This document shows, one piece after another, positions 7,379 through 17,255 of a stretch of 64,000 nt of DNA (the first letter of the stretch is position 1; every line of letters begins with the position of its first letter). Made by a program: the position numbers and the translations under genes. The stretch spans positions 36,574 to 100,573 of the forward strand of contig JBFMAF010000021.1 of the NCBI GenBank assembly GCA_040755995.1, written 5' to 3'. The notes under the pieces are model-generated. The model did no database searches and had not been told where the DNA came from. It was given only the letters and a program-made list of their open reading frames with translations. This DNA is from Acidobacteriota bacterium (GTDB taxonomy: Bacteria; Acidobacteriota; CAIWXX01).

Positions 7379-9736
7379 CTAGTTAATCAGCGGCTTGCCG
7401 TTCTTCAGCATGTACGCCATGCGCTCTTGAGTCTTGGGCATGCCGCAGAGCGACACGAACTCCTCGCGTTCTAGCTCGAGGATGTAGTTCTCGTCGACGG
7501 GATTCACCGACGAAGCCCGCTCGCCGCCCGTCAGTATCCTGGCCTGCTTGAGTGCGATCACGAGGCTGTGCTCCGTGACCTTCTTCTGCTTGAGCGCTCC
7601 CTTGAGGTTGTCCTCGATGACGTAGAAGCCGCCCTTGCCGGGAAGCGTCAGCTCGCGCTGCGGGATCGGCTCGAAGCCCGTGAGCCGACCGATTGCCACT
7701 TCCTTCGCTCTCCTGATCTGCAGGTCCTTGTCGAAGACGATGACATCGGTGGGCCGCAGTAGACCCTGGTCGATGGCATCGTGCGCGGACTTCGAGACCC
7801 GGCCCCACCCGATGAGATCCAGTGCCTTCATTGCCGGAGGCATCGGTCCGGGCTTGTCCTTCGCCGTAGTCTCGATGAGCTGAGCCAGCAACTGCAGGCA
7901 CCCTCCGCCGGCCGGTACGAGCCCCACCCCGACCTCCACAAGGCCGCAGTAGAGCTCGGCGTGCGCCACGCGCACCTGCCCCGCAAGCGTGATCTCCTGC
8001 CCGCCGCCGAGCGTCAGGCCGTGAGGCGCCGTGACGACCGGGAAGTCAGCGTGGTAGAGTGCCATGTTGGCCATCTGCAGCGCCATGCTCACCTGTTCGA
8101 TCTGCGTGAACATCCGTGCTTTCGCCATCTCGAGCATCATCTGGATGTTTGCGCCCGCGCAGAAGTTCTGCCCCTGGCTCCCTATCACCAGGGCCCGGTG
8201 CCCCTTCTTCACCTCCCTGATCGCCTGCCCGATCATCGAGATTACGTAATCGTCGATCGGGTTCATCTCGGGCAAAATGCTCGATGCGATCTCCAGCAAG
8301 AGCACGCCGTCGTCCAGATCATAGATCCGCGCGCTCAGGTTCTCGCGCACGACCTTGTTGCGGTCCTTGAGCGCCTTCAGCAGAATGGCGTCCGCACGCG
8401 CCGGCACGCTCTTCATGGACTTCGAGCCGACGTCGAAGTACAGCGTCTCGACCGGCGTCTGTTTGCAGAGAGTCCGGGTGGAGCCGATGGCGTCCTTCAA
8501 GGCCTGCGGCACCCTGATGCTGCATTCCTGCATCATCTCGGCGGACTTCTCGAGGCCGATAGAGTCCAGGATCTCGATCGGGCCGACCTCCTTGGCGAAT
8601 CCCCACTTCATCGCGTTGTCGATCGTGAGCAGGTCGCCGGCGACCTCGCCGATCCGGTTCATCGCGTACGCGGCGCTCGCGAGCACGATCTCGCGAGAGA
8701 ACCGGCACACGACATCGTCACCGCCTGGCCATTGGCTGCTGCCCATCATGGCACGAATGCGGTCTGCGGCCCGGGCATACCCGCGCGCTCCGCGCACGAC
8801 GTCCGACTTCGGCTCCGTCTTGTCCTTGTACTCCCAGCTCTTCACGTCGAGCGTCTTTATCTTGTCCTTCTCTTTCGTAAAGAACCCGCACTTGGTCTTC
8901 TCGCCGAGCTTCTTCTCGCTCACCATGCGATCGAGGAGAGCCGTCGGCTTCAGATGCTCGCGCTCCTCGTCATCCGGGCAGTTCTGATACTGGTTCATCG
9001 CGGCGTGGTACAGGGTGTCGACGCCGACCATGTCTGCGAGCCTGAACGTGGCGGTGCGCGGGTTGCCGAGAGCCGGGCCCGTGATCATGTCGATCTGATC
9101 GACGCTGAGCCCGTACTTCTCCATCAGCTGGAATACTTTCATGATCTGGAAGATGCCGACGCGATTGGCGATGAAATTCGGCGTGTCTCTCCCGACTACA
9201 GGCTTCTTGCCGATGCGGACGAAATAGTCCCGCATCGTCTCGATGACGCCGGGAACAGTGTCCTTTCCCGGGATTAGCTCGACCAGCGGCAGGAATCGGA
9301 CGGGGTTGAAGAAGTGCGTCCCGAGGAAGTGCTTCCGCATGTCCTCGGAGCAGCCGTCGACCATCCCGCTCACGGAAAGCCCCGACGTGTTTGTCGCGAC
9401 GATCGATCCCGGCTTGCGATGCTTGTCGATCTCCTGGAAGGTCTGCTTCTTGATCTTCATCACCTCGGGCACGGCTTCGATGATGACGTCGGCCTTCCCG
9501 AGCTCCTCGGCGTACTGCGAGATCGCGAACGGCTTGATGTACTTCGCGTACTTCGTGGTATAGAGCAGAGGGATCTTGGCGTTCGGATCCTCAAGCAGAG
9601 CGATGCACTTCTTGGCGAGCGGCAGATCCAGGTCGAAGACGCTCGCACCGATCTGCTGGTTCGCGAACAGGGCGGCGATGCCGCCCCCCATGATGCCTCC
9701 GCCGATTACGGCGACATGCTTGATCTCGCTCGTCAT
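7379..9736 (-). CDS. fadN: 3-hydroxyacyl-CoA dehydrogenase / enoyl-CoA hydratase (FadN-type)
   Basis: VAVIGGGIMGGGIA NAD-binding motif, ATNTSGL, GTHFFNPVR, C-terminal crotonase FCAGANI and GGGQEI, ends NGKPLIN; ATG at 9736 abuts the thiolase stop. Confidence 0.92.
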   Translation of the reverse strand: MTSEIKHVAVIGGGIMGGGIAALFANQQIGASVFDLDLPLAKKCIALLEDPNAKIPLLYTTKYAKYIKPFAISQYAEELGKADVIIEAVPEVMKIKKQTFQEIDKHRKPGSIVATNTSGLSVSGMVDGCSEDMRKHFLGTHFFNPVRFLPLVELIPGKDTVPGVIETMRDYFVRIGKKPVVGRDTPNFIANRVGIFQIMKVFQLMEKYGLSVDQIDMITGPALGNPRTATFRLADMVGVDTLYHAAMNQYQNCPDDEEREHLKPTALLDRMVSEKKLGEKTKCGFFTKEKDKIKTLDVKSWEYKDKTEPKSDVVRGARGYARAADRIRAMMGSSQWPGGDDVVCRFSREIVLASAAYAMNRIGEVAGDLLTIDNAMKWGFAKEVGPIEILDSIGLEKSAEMMQECSIRVPQALKDAIGSTRTLCKQTPVETLYFDVGSKSMKSVPARADAILLKALKDRNKVVRENLSARIYDLDDGVLLLEIASSILPEMNPIDDYVISMIGQAIREVKKGHRALVIGSQGQNFCAGANIQMMLEMAKARMFTQIEQVSMALQMANMALYHADFPVVTAPHGLTLGGGQEITLAGQVRVAHAELYCGLVEVGVGLVPAGGGCLQLLAQLIETTAKDKPGPMPPAMKALDLIGWGRVSKSAHDAIDQGLLRPTDVIVFDKDLQIRRAKEVAIGRLTGFEPIPQRELTLPGKGGFYVIEDNLKGALKQKKVTEHSLVIALKQARILTGGERASSVNPVDENYILELEREEFVSLCGMPKTQERMAYMLKNGKPLIN

Positions 9737-9738
9737 GA

Positions 9739-10887
<1,149 letters not shown>

Positions 10888-10902
10888 CTCCTTCCTGTGA
10901 TC

Positions 10903-12690
10903 CTAGAGGTTGTATCTGCCGGCTTCGATGACCGAGTCGGTGATTGTCCGGCGAAGCGCAAACACATCGACGGAGGCTGCGTGAGCGTGGTTGAGCGCGC
11001 TTAGCTTCTTGAGCTTCGCGGCATGCTCGCCGCCGGTCACGACGTGGTTGATGAGGTCGCGGGTGAGCCCGGAAATGGCGGCGGATCCCCGGTCAACCGT
11101 GAGCCGCGCGATCGCGACCGGAATCGCCGGGTACCCGCACGCATGCACGCGCGACACAGTCGAGTCCATGGCGTAGAGCGCGATCAGGCAGTCGGCCACC
11201 GCCTGCATCACCTGCTGTTCGTTCTTGATGTCCTTGCCGCAGTTGACTATCGCCTCCTGCACGGCGTAGGCCACGGCGCGCTTCGCCGCTGTCACCCGGG
11301 CGATCTCGACACCCAGCGGCCCCTCGGCCGCTCTGACAGCCAGCCTGTTCTTGCGGCACGCCGAGTCAACCTGCTCCATGTACTCCCTGAAACCGATGGC
11401 CGCGCCGAAGATGTTGCGCACGAGCGAGTCGACAACGACCATCCGGTTGATGTCGTTCGTCCCCTCATAGATCATCTCGATCACATTGTCGCGCATCAGT
11501 CTTTCGACCTGGTACTCCTCGATATAGCCATACCCGCCGTGAATCTTCACGGCGTCCACCGCGACGTTGTGCAACGTCTCGGAGGCCGCGATCTTGACGA
11601 TCGAAGCCTCGAGAGCATGCGTCTTGAGCACGGCGGCGAGCGCATCCGAGGAGTCGTGGTTCTGGCCGAGCTGCGCTATGTCCGCGTCGATCGCGCCGAT
11701 GGCACGATAAGCCATCGCGTCCAGAGCGTACGTGCGCGCGACCATCTCTCCGAGCTTCCCTCGCTGCATGTCGAACGTGATGATCGGCTGCCCGAACTGG
11801 CGCCGCTCGCGCCCGTAGGCCACGGCGAGGTTGATGGCGTGCTTGCAGGAGCCTAGTGAGCCGAAGCCGAGCTTCAGCCGGCCCAGGTTGAGGATGTTGA
11901 GGGCGATCTTGGCCGCGTCTCCCGGCGCACCCAGCAGGTTCTCCTTCGGCACGAGCACGTCCACGAAGGTCAGGCTGGTGGTGGACGACCCGCGAATCCC
12001 CATCTTCTTCTCTTCGGCCCCACGGCTGACGCCTGGCGACCGCAGGTCGACGATGAACGCCGAATACTGCCCGTTGATCCCCGCGAAGACGACACCGATG
12101 TCGGCCCATCCGCCATTGGTGATGAATTGCTTTGAGCCGTTCAGGATGTAGTGGGTGCCTTCCGGATTGAGCACTGCTTTGGTCTTCCCTGAGAGCGCGT
12201 CCGATCCGGCGCCGGGTTCGGTCAGTGCGTAGCAGCTGATGAGCCCGGCCGATGCAAGAAGGGGCAGCCACTTCTTCTTCTGTTCTTCATTGCCGAATAG
12301 CACAATCGGCTGCGTGCCGATGCCGGTGTGCGCGCCGAAGGTGACGGCGAAGCTGGGGCTGCCGTACGACACCTCTGCTACGTACATCGCAGTGGTCTTG
12401 TCCAGCCCGAGTCCCCCGTACTCCTCCGGGATGTCAATCCCTAGGAACCCGATCTCGCCGCCCTTCTTGAGCAGATAGATTCCCAACGGAATGTCCTGCC
12501 CGTTGAAGGTGATGTGTTTCTTGTGCTCGATGTCCTCGATCCGGGTCATGACCTCCGTGTCGACGAACTGGCGCGAGGTTTCTCCGAACGCGATCTGGTC
12601 CTCGTTGAGCTTCTCACGCGTGAAGATGCTCTCGGACGGGACGGGCGAGGTCAGAAATCCGCCTCCTCCCTTTGCCGATGATGAATCCAT
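10903..12690 (-). CDS. fadE: Acyl-CoA dehydrogenase (long FadE type)
   Basis: YALTEPGAGSDA, LNGSKQFITNG, KMGIRGS, IHGGYGY, IYEGTNDINR. Confidence 0.93.
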   Translation of the reverse strand: MDSSSAKGGGGFLTSPVPSESIFTREKLNEDQIAFGETSRQFVDTEVMTRIEDIEHKKHITFNGQDIPLGIYLLKKGGEIGFLGIDIPEEYGGLGLDKTTAMYVAEVSYGSPSFAVTFGAHTGIGTQPIVLFGNEEQKKKWLPLLASAGLISCYALTEPGAGSDALSGKTKAVLNPEGTHYILNGSKQFITNGGWADIGVVFAGINGQYSAFIVDLRSPGVSRGAEEKKMGIRGSSTTSLTFVDVLVPKENLLGAPGDAAKIALNILNLGRLKLGFGSLGSCKHAINLAVAYGRERRQFGQPIITFDMQRGKLGEMVARTYALDAMAYRAIGAIDADIAQLGQNHDSSDALAAVLKTHALEASIVKIAASETLHNVAVDAVKIHGGYGYIEEYQVERLMRDNVIEMIYEGTNDINRMVVVDSLVRNIFGAAIGFREYMEQVDSACRKNRLAVRAAEGPLGVEIARVTAAKRAVAYAVQEAIVNCGKDIKNEQQVMQAVADCLIALYAMDSTVSRVHACGYPAIPVAIARLTVDRGSAAISGLTRDLINHVVTGGEHAAKLKKLSALNHAHAASVDVFALRRTITDSVIEAGRYNL

Positions 12691-12738
12691 CCTGCCTCCT
12701 TTCCGGTCAAGCAGACCGGCGCATGGTACGTATGACAG

Positions 12739-12766
12739 TTGTCAGTTGGCGGTTGTCACTTGTCAG
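12739..12766 (-). repeat. 7-mer tandem repeat (CTGACAA-type on the sense strand, x4)
   Basis: Plus strand ttgtcag ttggcgg ttgtcac ttgtcag, between tetR and fadE. Confidence 0.7.
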
Positions 12767-12861
12767 TCGACAAACTACTGTCCGGTGGTCAAACGGCGCG
12801 CTTGCCGCTCCACCCCTCGGTGTCGCATGCGGCGCGAAGCACCACATCAGGCCAGCAGCAC

Positions 12862-13545
12862 TCATGCTTCCCCCTTCAGGTATGCAAACAGCGGGCGGCC
12901 CCAGAGGTTCAGATTCCGTTCGATGAACTCCCGGTCGATCCCGAGCAGTCCGATGAGGTTGAGCGTGAAGCCCAGGCTCAAGAAGTGCCAGGCAACCATG
13001 TGAGCGTCGATCTTGGGTTTGATGCTTCCATCACGCACAGCGCGCCGCAGAAGCTGCGCGATGTAGTCCACGAAGCTCGAGTACACCCGTTCGACCGCCC
13101 GCTGGATCTCCGGCTCTGACACCTCCGAGATCGCCTGGAACATCACGCGCGTATAATCACGGTCGCGGATCACCTTCTGGAAATGATGCACGCCGATTGC
13201 GTGGATCGACGACAGAGGATCGTTGTTCTGCGCCTCGATCTCCTTCCATCGCCCAATCATCCTCCTTCCGATGTATTCGATCAGGGTGATGAACAGGTGC
13301 CGCTTGGAGTCAAAGTACTTGTAGAGCGCGGGCTCCGACAGCCCGACCTCCTCGGCCAGCTCGCGTGTCGTGACCCTCATGTAGTTCTTGCGGGCGAAGG
13401 CGCGCAGCGACGCCAGCAGAATGGTCTCTCTGCGGGAATCGACCGCGGCTTCCGCCGGTGGATCGACCGGCCGCGGACCCTGTCGGCGAATTCTGGTCCT
13501 GGGTGCGGCGGGCATACGGTGAGCGGCTGGCGAGATCGGTCTCAT
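12862..13545 (-). CDS. TetR/AcrR family transcriptional regulator (likely fad operon repressor)
   Basis: AAGGA RBS; HTH RETILLASLRAFARKNYMRVTTRELAEEVGLSEPALYKYFDSKRHL. Confidence 0.9.
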   Translation of the reverse strand: MRPISPAAHRMPAAPRTRIRRQGPRPVDPPAEAAVDSRRETILLASLRAFARKNYMRVTTRELAEEVGLSEPALYKYFDSKRHLFITLIEYIGRRMIGRWKEIEAQNNDPLSSIHAIGVHHFQKVIRDRDYTRVMFQAISEVSEPEIQRAVERVYSSFVDYIAQLLRRAVRDGSIKPKIDAHMVAWHFLSLGFTLNLIGLLGIDREFIERNLNLWGRPLFAYLKGEA

Positions 13546-13664
13546 TCGTGATTTCCTTGATCGTTGGTGGAGCGGGCGCGATGGGGGGCGATGCCGGGGC
13601 GGCGCGGGTCACAGACGTTGGCCGGCGGCCCCTTGTCTTCCGGTCCAGCGTCTCTCGGCCACAT

Positions 13665-13717
13665 GGTTAGTGAGCACTCACTAACCCAGAGTTTACCTCA
13701 TCGCGCGAAAATGGCAA
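13665..13717 (-). promoter_or_regulatory. sigma70-type promoter (TTGCCA-16-TAAACT) followed by a perfect palindromic operator
   Basis: GGTTAGTGAG-CA-CTCACTAACC at 13665-13686; -10 at 13690-13695 and -35 at 13712-13717 on the minus strand. Confidence 0.8.
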
Positions 13718-13835
13718 GAAGTTTTTTCGGAGGCATGGGGCCTTCTATTCGCCGCGTCGGGACCGAGGAACGTGGGCACGGCGGGAAGCAGTTTGTGCTA
13801 TCATGATTGGGTGGGAACAGAGGAGGCGAGCAGCC

Positions 13836-14051
13836 ATGACTATCGGCCACACGGCGTCCACGAGTCCGGTGGGCGAGGAACCGCAACGCCACGCTGATAT
13901 CGAGGCAGGACACGCGGACAACGAAGGCGCGCTCGACCTGCTGCGCGAGTGGTTGGCAGACGAGAGCGGATACGACGAGAGCGTTTGGACACGCCTGCAT
14001 GATGCGATAGAGGCGCATAGACTATCTGCCCGGCGCAGGTTCCGTGACTAG
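13836..14051 (+). CDS. Putative antitoxin of the PIN-domain toxin
   Basis: AGGAGG RBS; 71 aa; overlaps the PIN gene start; acidic NEGALDLLREWLADESGYDE segment. Confidence 0.65.
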   Translation: MTIGHTASTSPVGEEPQRHADIEAGHADNEGALDLLREWLADESGYDESVWTRLHDAIEAHRLSARRRFRD

Positions 14052-14544
14052 ATCTGTCATTCTGGATTCCGGGCCGTTGGCCAAGATCGCCCATCCGCGC
14101 CCGAATCGTGATATCGCCGAATGGTATGAGCGAATCCTGCGTGCTGGCGTACGTGTGGTCATTGCCGAGATCGTCGACTACGAGATCCGCCGGAACTTCA
14201 TTCTCGAGGGCCTCACGAGGTCTATCGACAGACTGAACCGACTTGAGACCCGGCTGACCTACCTGCCTCTGAACACGGCAGCCATGTTGAGGGCGGCCCA
14301 GCTTTGGGCAGAGGCCAGGCGGCAAGGGCATCCCACGGCTGATCCCAAGGAGCTGGATGCGGACGTAATCCTGGCGGCTCAAGCCGAGCAGGCCGGCGCA
14401 ACTGTAGTCACAGAGAACCCCGGCCACCTCTCACTGTTCCTCGACGCATGTACGTGGCAGGAAACCGACTTCTTACCCGCGGCTCGTGCTGTGCCCAAGA
14501 ACTTCTCGCGGCCGGGCCCGGCTACCTCGCGTACGACTCGATGA
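14044..14544 (+). CDS. PIN-domain (VapC-like) ribonuclease toxin
   Basis: VILDSGPL, EIVDYEIRR, DADVILAAQA and VVTEN carry the PIN acidic residues. Confidence 0.85.
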   Translation: MTRSVILDSGPLAKIAHPRPNRDIAEWYERILRAGVRVVIAEIVDYEIRRNFILEGLTRSIDRLNRLETRLTYLPLNTAAMLRAAQLWAEARRQGHPTADPKELDADVILAAQAEQAGATVVTENPGHLSLFLDACTWQETDFLPAARAVPKNFSRPGPATSRTTR

Positions 14545-15982
14545 CCCTCACGATGGCGGCCTGGCATACGGGGCAGAAGGGTTTCACACCCTTGCTGAAC
14601 ATGATGCAGTCGACCGACGGACGATACAGCCCGCCGCTCGAGTAGCCCGCGCCCTCGAAGACGCCGACCTTGCCCGCATACTTGCTGGCTGCCAGGTACT
14701 CGTCGACCTTCTTCGCGTGATCGGCCGCCATCCGCTCGCTCTCAGCCTCCAGCTTCTCCAGCGCAGGCCCGCCCCCGGCGCGCTTCAGCGCGGCGATCTT
14801 CTGCTGCACCTCCTCGCGCACCTTCTGATACTCGCTGTCCATCTTGTCGAAATCGGCCTTCTCCCACCGTGTCGGCACCTGGATTCCGGGCGACAGCAGG
14901 GTGCTCCACTTGACCTTCGGCGGGTTTAGCAGGGCGGTGATGTTGGCTTCGAGCGGCTCGCTGCCGCGCGGATAGAACTCGTTGTAGGCGGTGGTGGATG
15001 CGTAGTACTCGTCGGCAAGTCCGGCGAAGCTGTGGCCGAACTCGTGCAGGAACACATAATCGGTGTACTGGTTGTTCGAGGTGGTGGTGCAGTACCAGTT
15101 GTAGATGCCCCCTCCGCCGTAGCGCGCAGTGTTGACGAGGATGTAGAGAGCGTCGTAAGGAGCGTGCGCGGCCAGATCCCGGAGCGCCCGGTTGTCCTCG
15201 ACCAGGAGATACCGATAAACACCGAGCGAATCGAAGCTCGACCCCACGACGGTCCTCTTGTAGCTGCCGTGACTGGGCTCGTCGCAACCCCTGTCGGCCG
15301 ATGCCTTGTAGATCCCGCGCACGTTGAACAGAGCCCTCCGGCTCTTGTACGGCTCCTGGGCGAACATCAGCTTCGTGAGACGTTCGGCGTCTCCCTTGAA
15401 TTTCGCGCGGTCAGCCCCCGTATATCCTTCGGCCACGAAGAGGATGTCCACCTTCTGGTGCGGATCACCGCTGTCAAGGAAGGTGAGGGCTTCGGCGTCG
15501 CCCCGCGGCCCCTCCCGGTTTACCTCTATCGCCGCCGGGTCGATAACGATGTCGAAGAAACGACGGAACACCAGGCTGCGGTCGCGTGCCTCGAGTGTGA
15601 ATTGCACCTTGCCGCGAGGCATGGGCATCAGCACCGTCTCGTGGTATGCCCGCCTGGCCCCAGCCAGCGCGGCCGACGTCGTGCGATACTCGCCGAAGTA
15701 GCTGTCGAAGCCCTTGGAGAAGATGAGCCGATTGGTGGCGAGGTCATACACCTTGACCATGTATCGGCCCAGGTTGAGCTCGTCGATCACACTCGTGGTG
15801 CTCCCCGCCCAGGCTCCCTGTTCGTAGAGCTGATCCAGCGTGGCCGATTCGCTCGACGCATCGCCGACGTGCACGTAGTCGACTCTCAAGGTTCGATCCA
15901 CGAAAACGGCGTCGAACGCCGGGTCGGCCGCGGCGACCGCTGCCGCTGCCGACAGCGCCAGAGCGATCAGTGCTCTCGTCAT
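14522..15982 (-). CDS. Secreted M64 family (IgA-peptidase-like) zinc metallopeptidase
   Basis: Signal peptide; VDILFVAEGYT, HEFGHSFAGLADEY, GLYRPSVDCIM, FCPVC. Confidence 0.92.
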   Translation of the reverse strand: MTRALIALALSAAAAVAAADPAFDAVFVDRTLRVDYVHVGDASSESATLDQLYEQGAWAGSTTSVIDELNLGRYMVKVYDLATNRLIFSKGFDSYFGEYRTTSAALAGARRAYHETVLMPMPRGKVQFTLEARDRSLVFRRFFDIVIDPAAIEVNREGPRGDAEALTFLDSGDPHQKVDILFVAEGYTGADRAKFKGDAERLTKLMFAQEPYKSRRALFNVRGIYKASADRGCDEPSHGSYKRTVVGSSFDSLGVYRYLLVEDNRALRDLAAHAPYDALYILVNTARYGGGGIYNWYCTTTSNNQYTDYVFLHEFGHSFAGLADEYYASTTAYNEFYPRGSEPLEANITALLNPPKVKWSTLLSPGIQVPTRWEKADFDKMDSEYQKVREEVQQKIAALKRAGGGPALEKLEAESERMAADHAKKVDEYLAASKYAGKVGVFEGAGYSSGGLYRPSVDCIMFSKGVKPFCPVCQAAIVRVIESYAR

Positions 15983-16008
15983 GAATCCTCCCGATTGTGA
16001 GACGCCGG

Positions 16009-17133
16009 TCAAGGAAGCCCGGTGACCCTGCGGTAGATTTCCAGAATCTGTGGGGAGATGTAGCTCGAGTCTATCCTGAAGGTCGGGCTCGACTGGGCAA
16101 GCTGCCGGAACTCTTGCTCGGCGTTACTCAGCGCCTCCCGGTCCTCCTCGCCCGACACCAGGTAGATCGCCGCGTAAGAGCAGCCCAGGAAGAAGCGGCA
16201 TGTGGCGTTCAGGCGATCCCGAGCGAGTGCCGCTTCCAGGCTCACGACGGCCTCGCGGTAGCGGCCGTCGAAGTAGTTGGCGAGCCCCGAGCGGACCAGG
16301 TCCCGAAGATTCATCTTCTCCATGGTCGCTGCGCGCTCCACCTCCTCCACCTTCCTCAACCACTGCGCCGCCTCGCGATGGGCCGGGTCTATCGCGAGGA
16401 CCGCGTTGGCGGCGTCGCGGACGGCCCGGTAGTTGCCCGCGGCAAACGCCTGCGGCACCCCCGAAAGCAATCGTGAGATCGCACGGCGTTGCTCCGCCAT
16501 CCGCCGCTCGTCCAGCACCTTCCTCGCCTTCTCGATGCCGGCTGTGGCCTCGGGGTCGCCCGGGAAGATCGCGAAGACCTTCTCGAACTCGACAATGGCC
16601 TCCTCGTACTTCTGCTGGTCCAGCAGAGCGTTTGCGACGAACAGCAGATTGCGGCGCTTCACGTCGGCCCGCTCCACCGCCGTCACCTCCTGTGGTCCAG
16701 TTCTGGTCGGCCCCTGGGAGGAAGTTCCCGGCTGATCGCCGGTCGGCGGCTTTCGGTCAGGAGGACGCTTCAGCCTGTCGTTGGCTTGTTGGCGCAAGTC
16801 ACGCATCTCCTGGAAGGCGAGTGAGACCCGATTGATCTCACCGTAGCGCTCCTCCGTGGCAAACGCGTTCAGAGCGTCTGAGTAGCGCCCCCCCAGATAG
16901 TAAGCCTTGCCCATGTAGAAATACGGGAAGTACTGGATGTAGACCATCCCGTACGTTTTCGCCCTGACGGACGACTCCGGCCGCTTTTGCACGGCGCTCT
17001 GAAAATACGAAACGGCCGACGCGCTGTCCCCACGTTGGAGGGCATCGAGCCCGCGTTGATAGTCGGCGTACCAGGGGTCCTCGGCGAGGAGCGGAGCCGC
17101 GACGAGAAGAAGAACCGCAGGAAGGCGTCTCAT
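16009..17133 (-). CDS. Secreted tetratricopeptide-repeat protein
   Basis: Signal peptide MRRLPAVLLLVAAPLLA; several TPR helices; extended -10 TGGTATATT 8 nt before the ATG. Confidence 0.8.
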   Translation of the reverse strand: MRRLPAVLLLVAAPLLAEDPWYADYQRGLDALQRGDSASAVSYFQSAVQKRPESSVRAKTYGMVYIQYFPYFYMGKAYYLGGRYSDALNAFATEERYGEINRVSLAFQEMRDLRQQANDRLKRPPDRKPPTGDQPGTSSQGPTRTGPQEVTAVERADVKRRNLLFVANALLDQQKYEEAIVEFEKVFAIFPGDPEATAGIEKARKVLDERRMAEQRRAISRLLSGVPQAFAAGNYRAVRDAANAVLAIDPAHREAAQWLRKVEEVERAATMEKMNLRDLVRSGLANYFDGRYREAVVSLEAALARDRLNATCRFFLGCSYAAIYLVSGEEDREALSNAEQEFRQLAQSSPTFRIDSSYISPQILEIYRRVTGLP

Positions 17134-17255
17134 CGCCCAAGAATATACCACACCTGGGCGAGGCCGCGCCGCGGACACGCGGACACCCGGGTGCATCCGG
17201 CTGCACTCCCTTTGCCTTCGTGAAGACGTTCTGCCACCTGCGCCGCATCAGGCGG

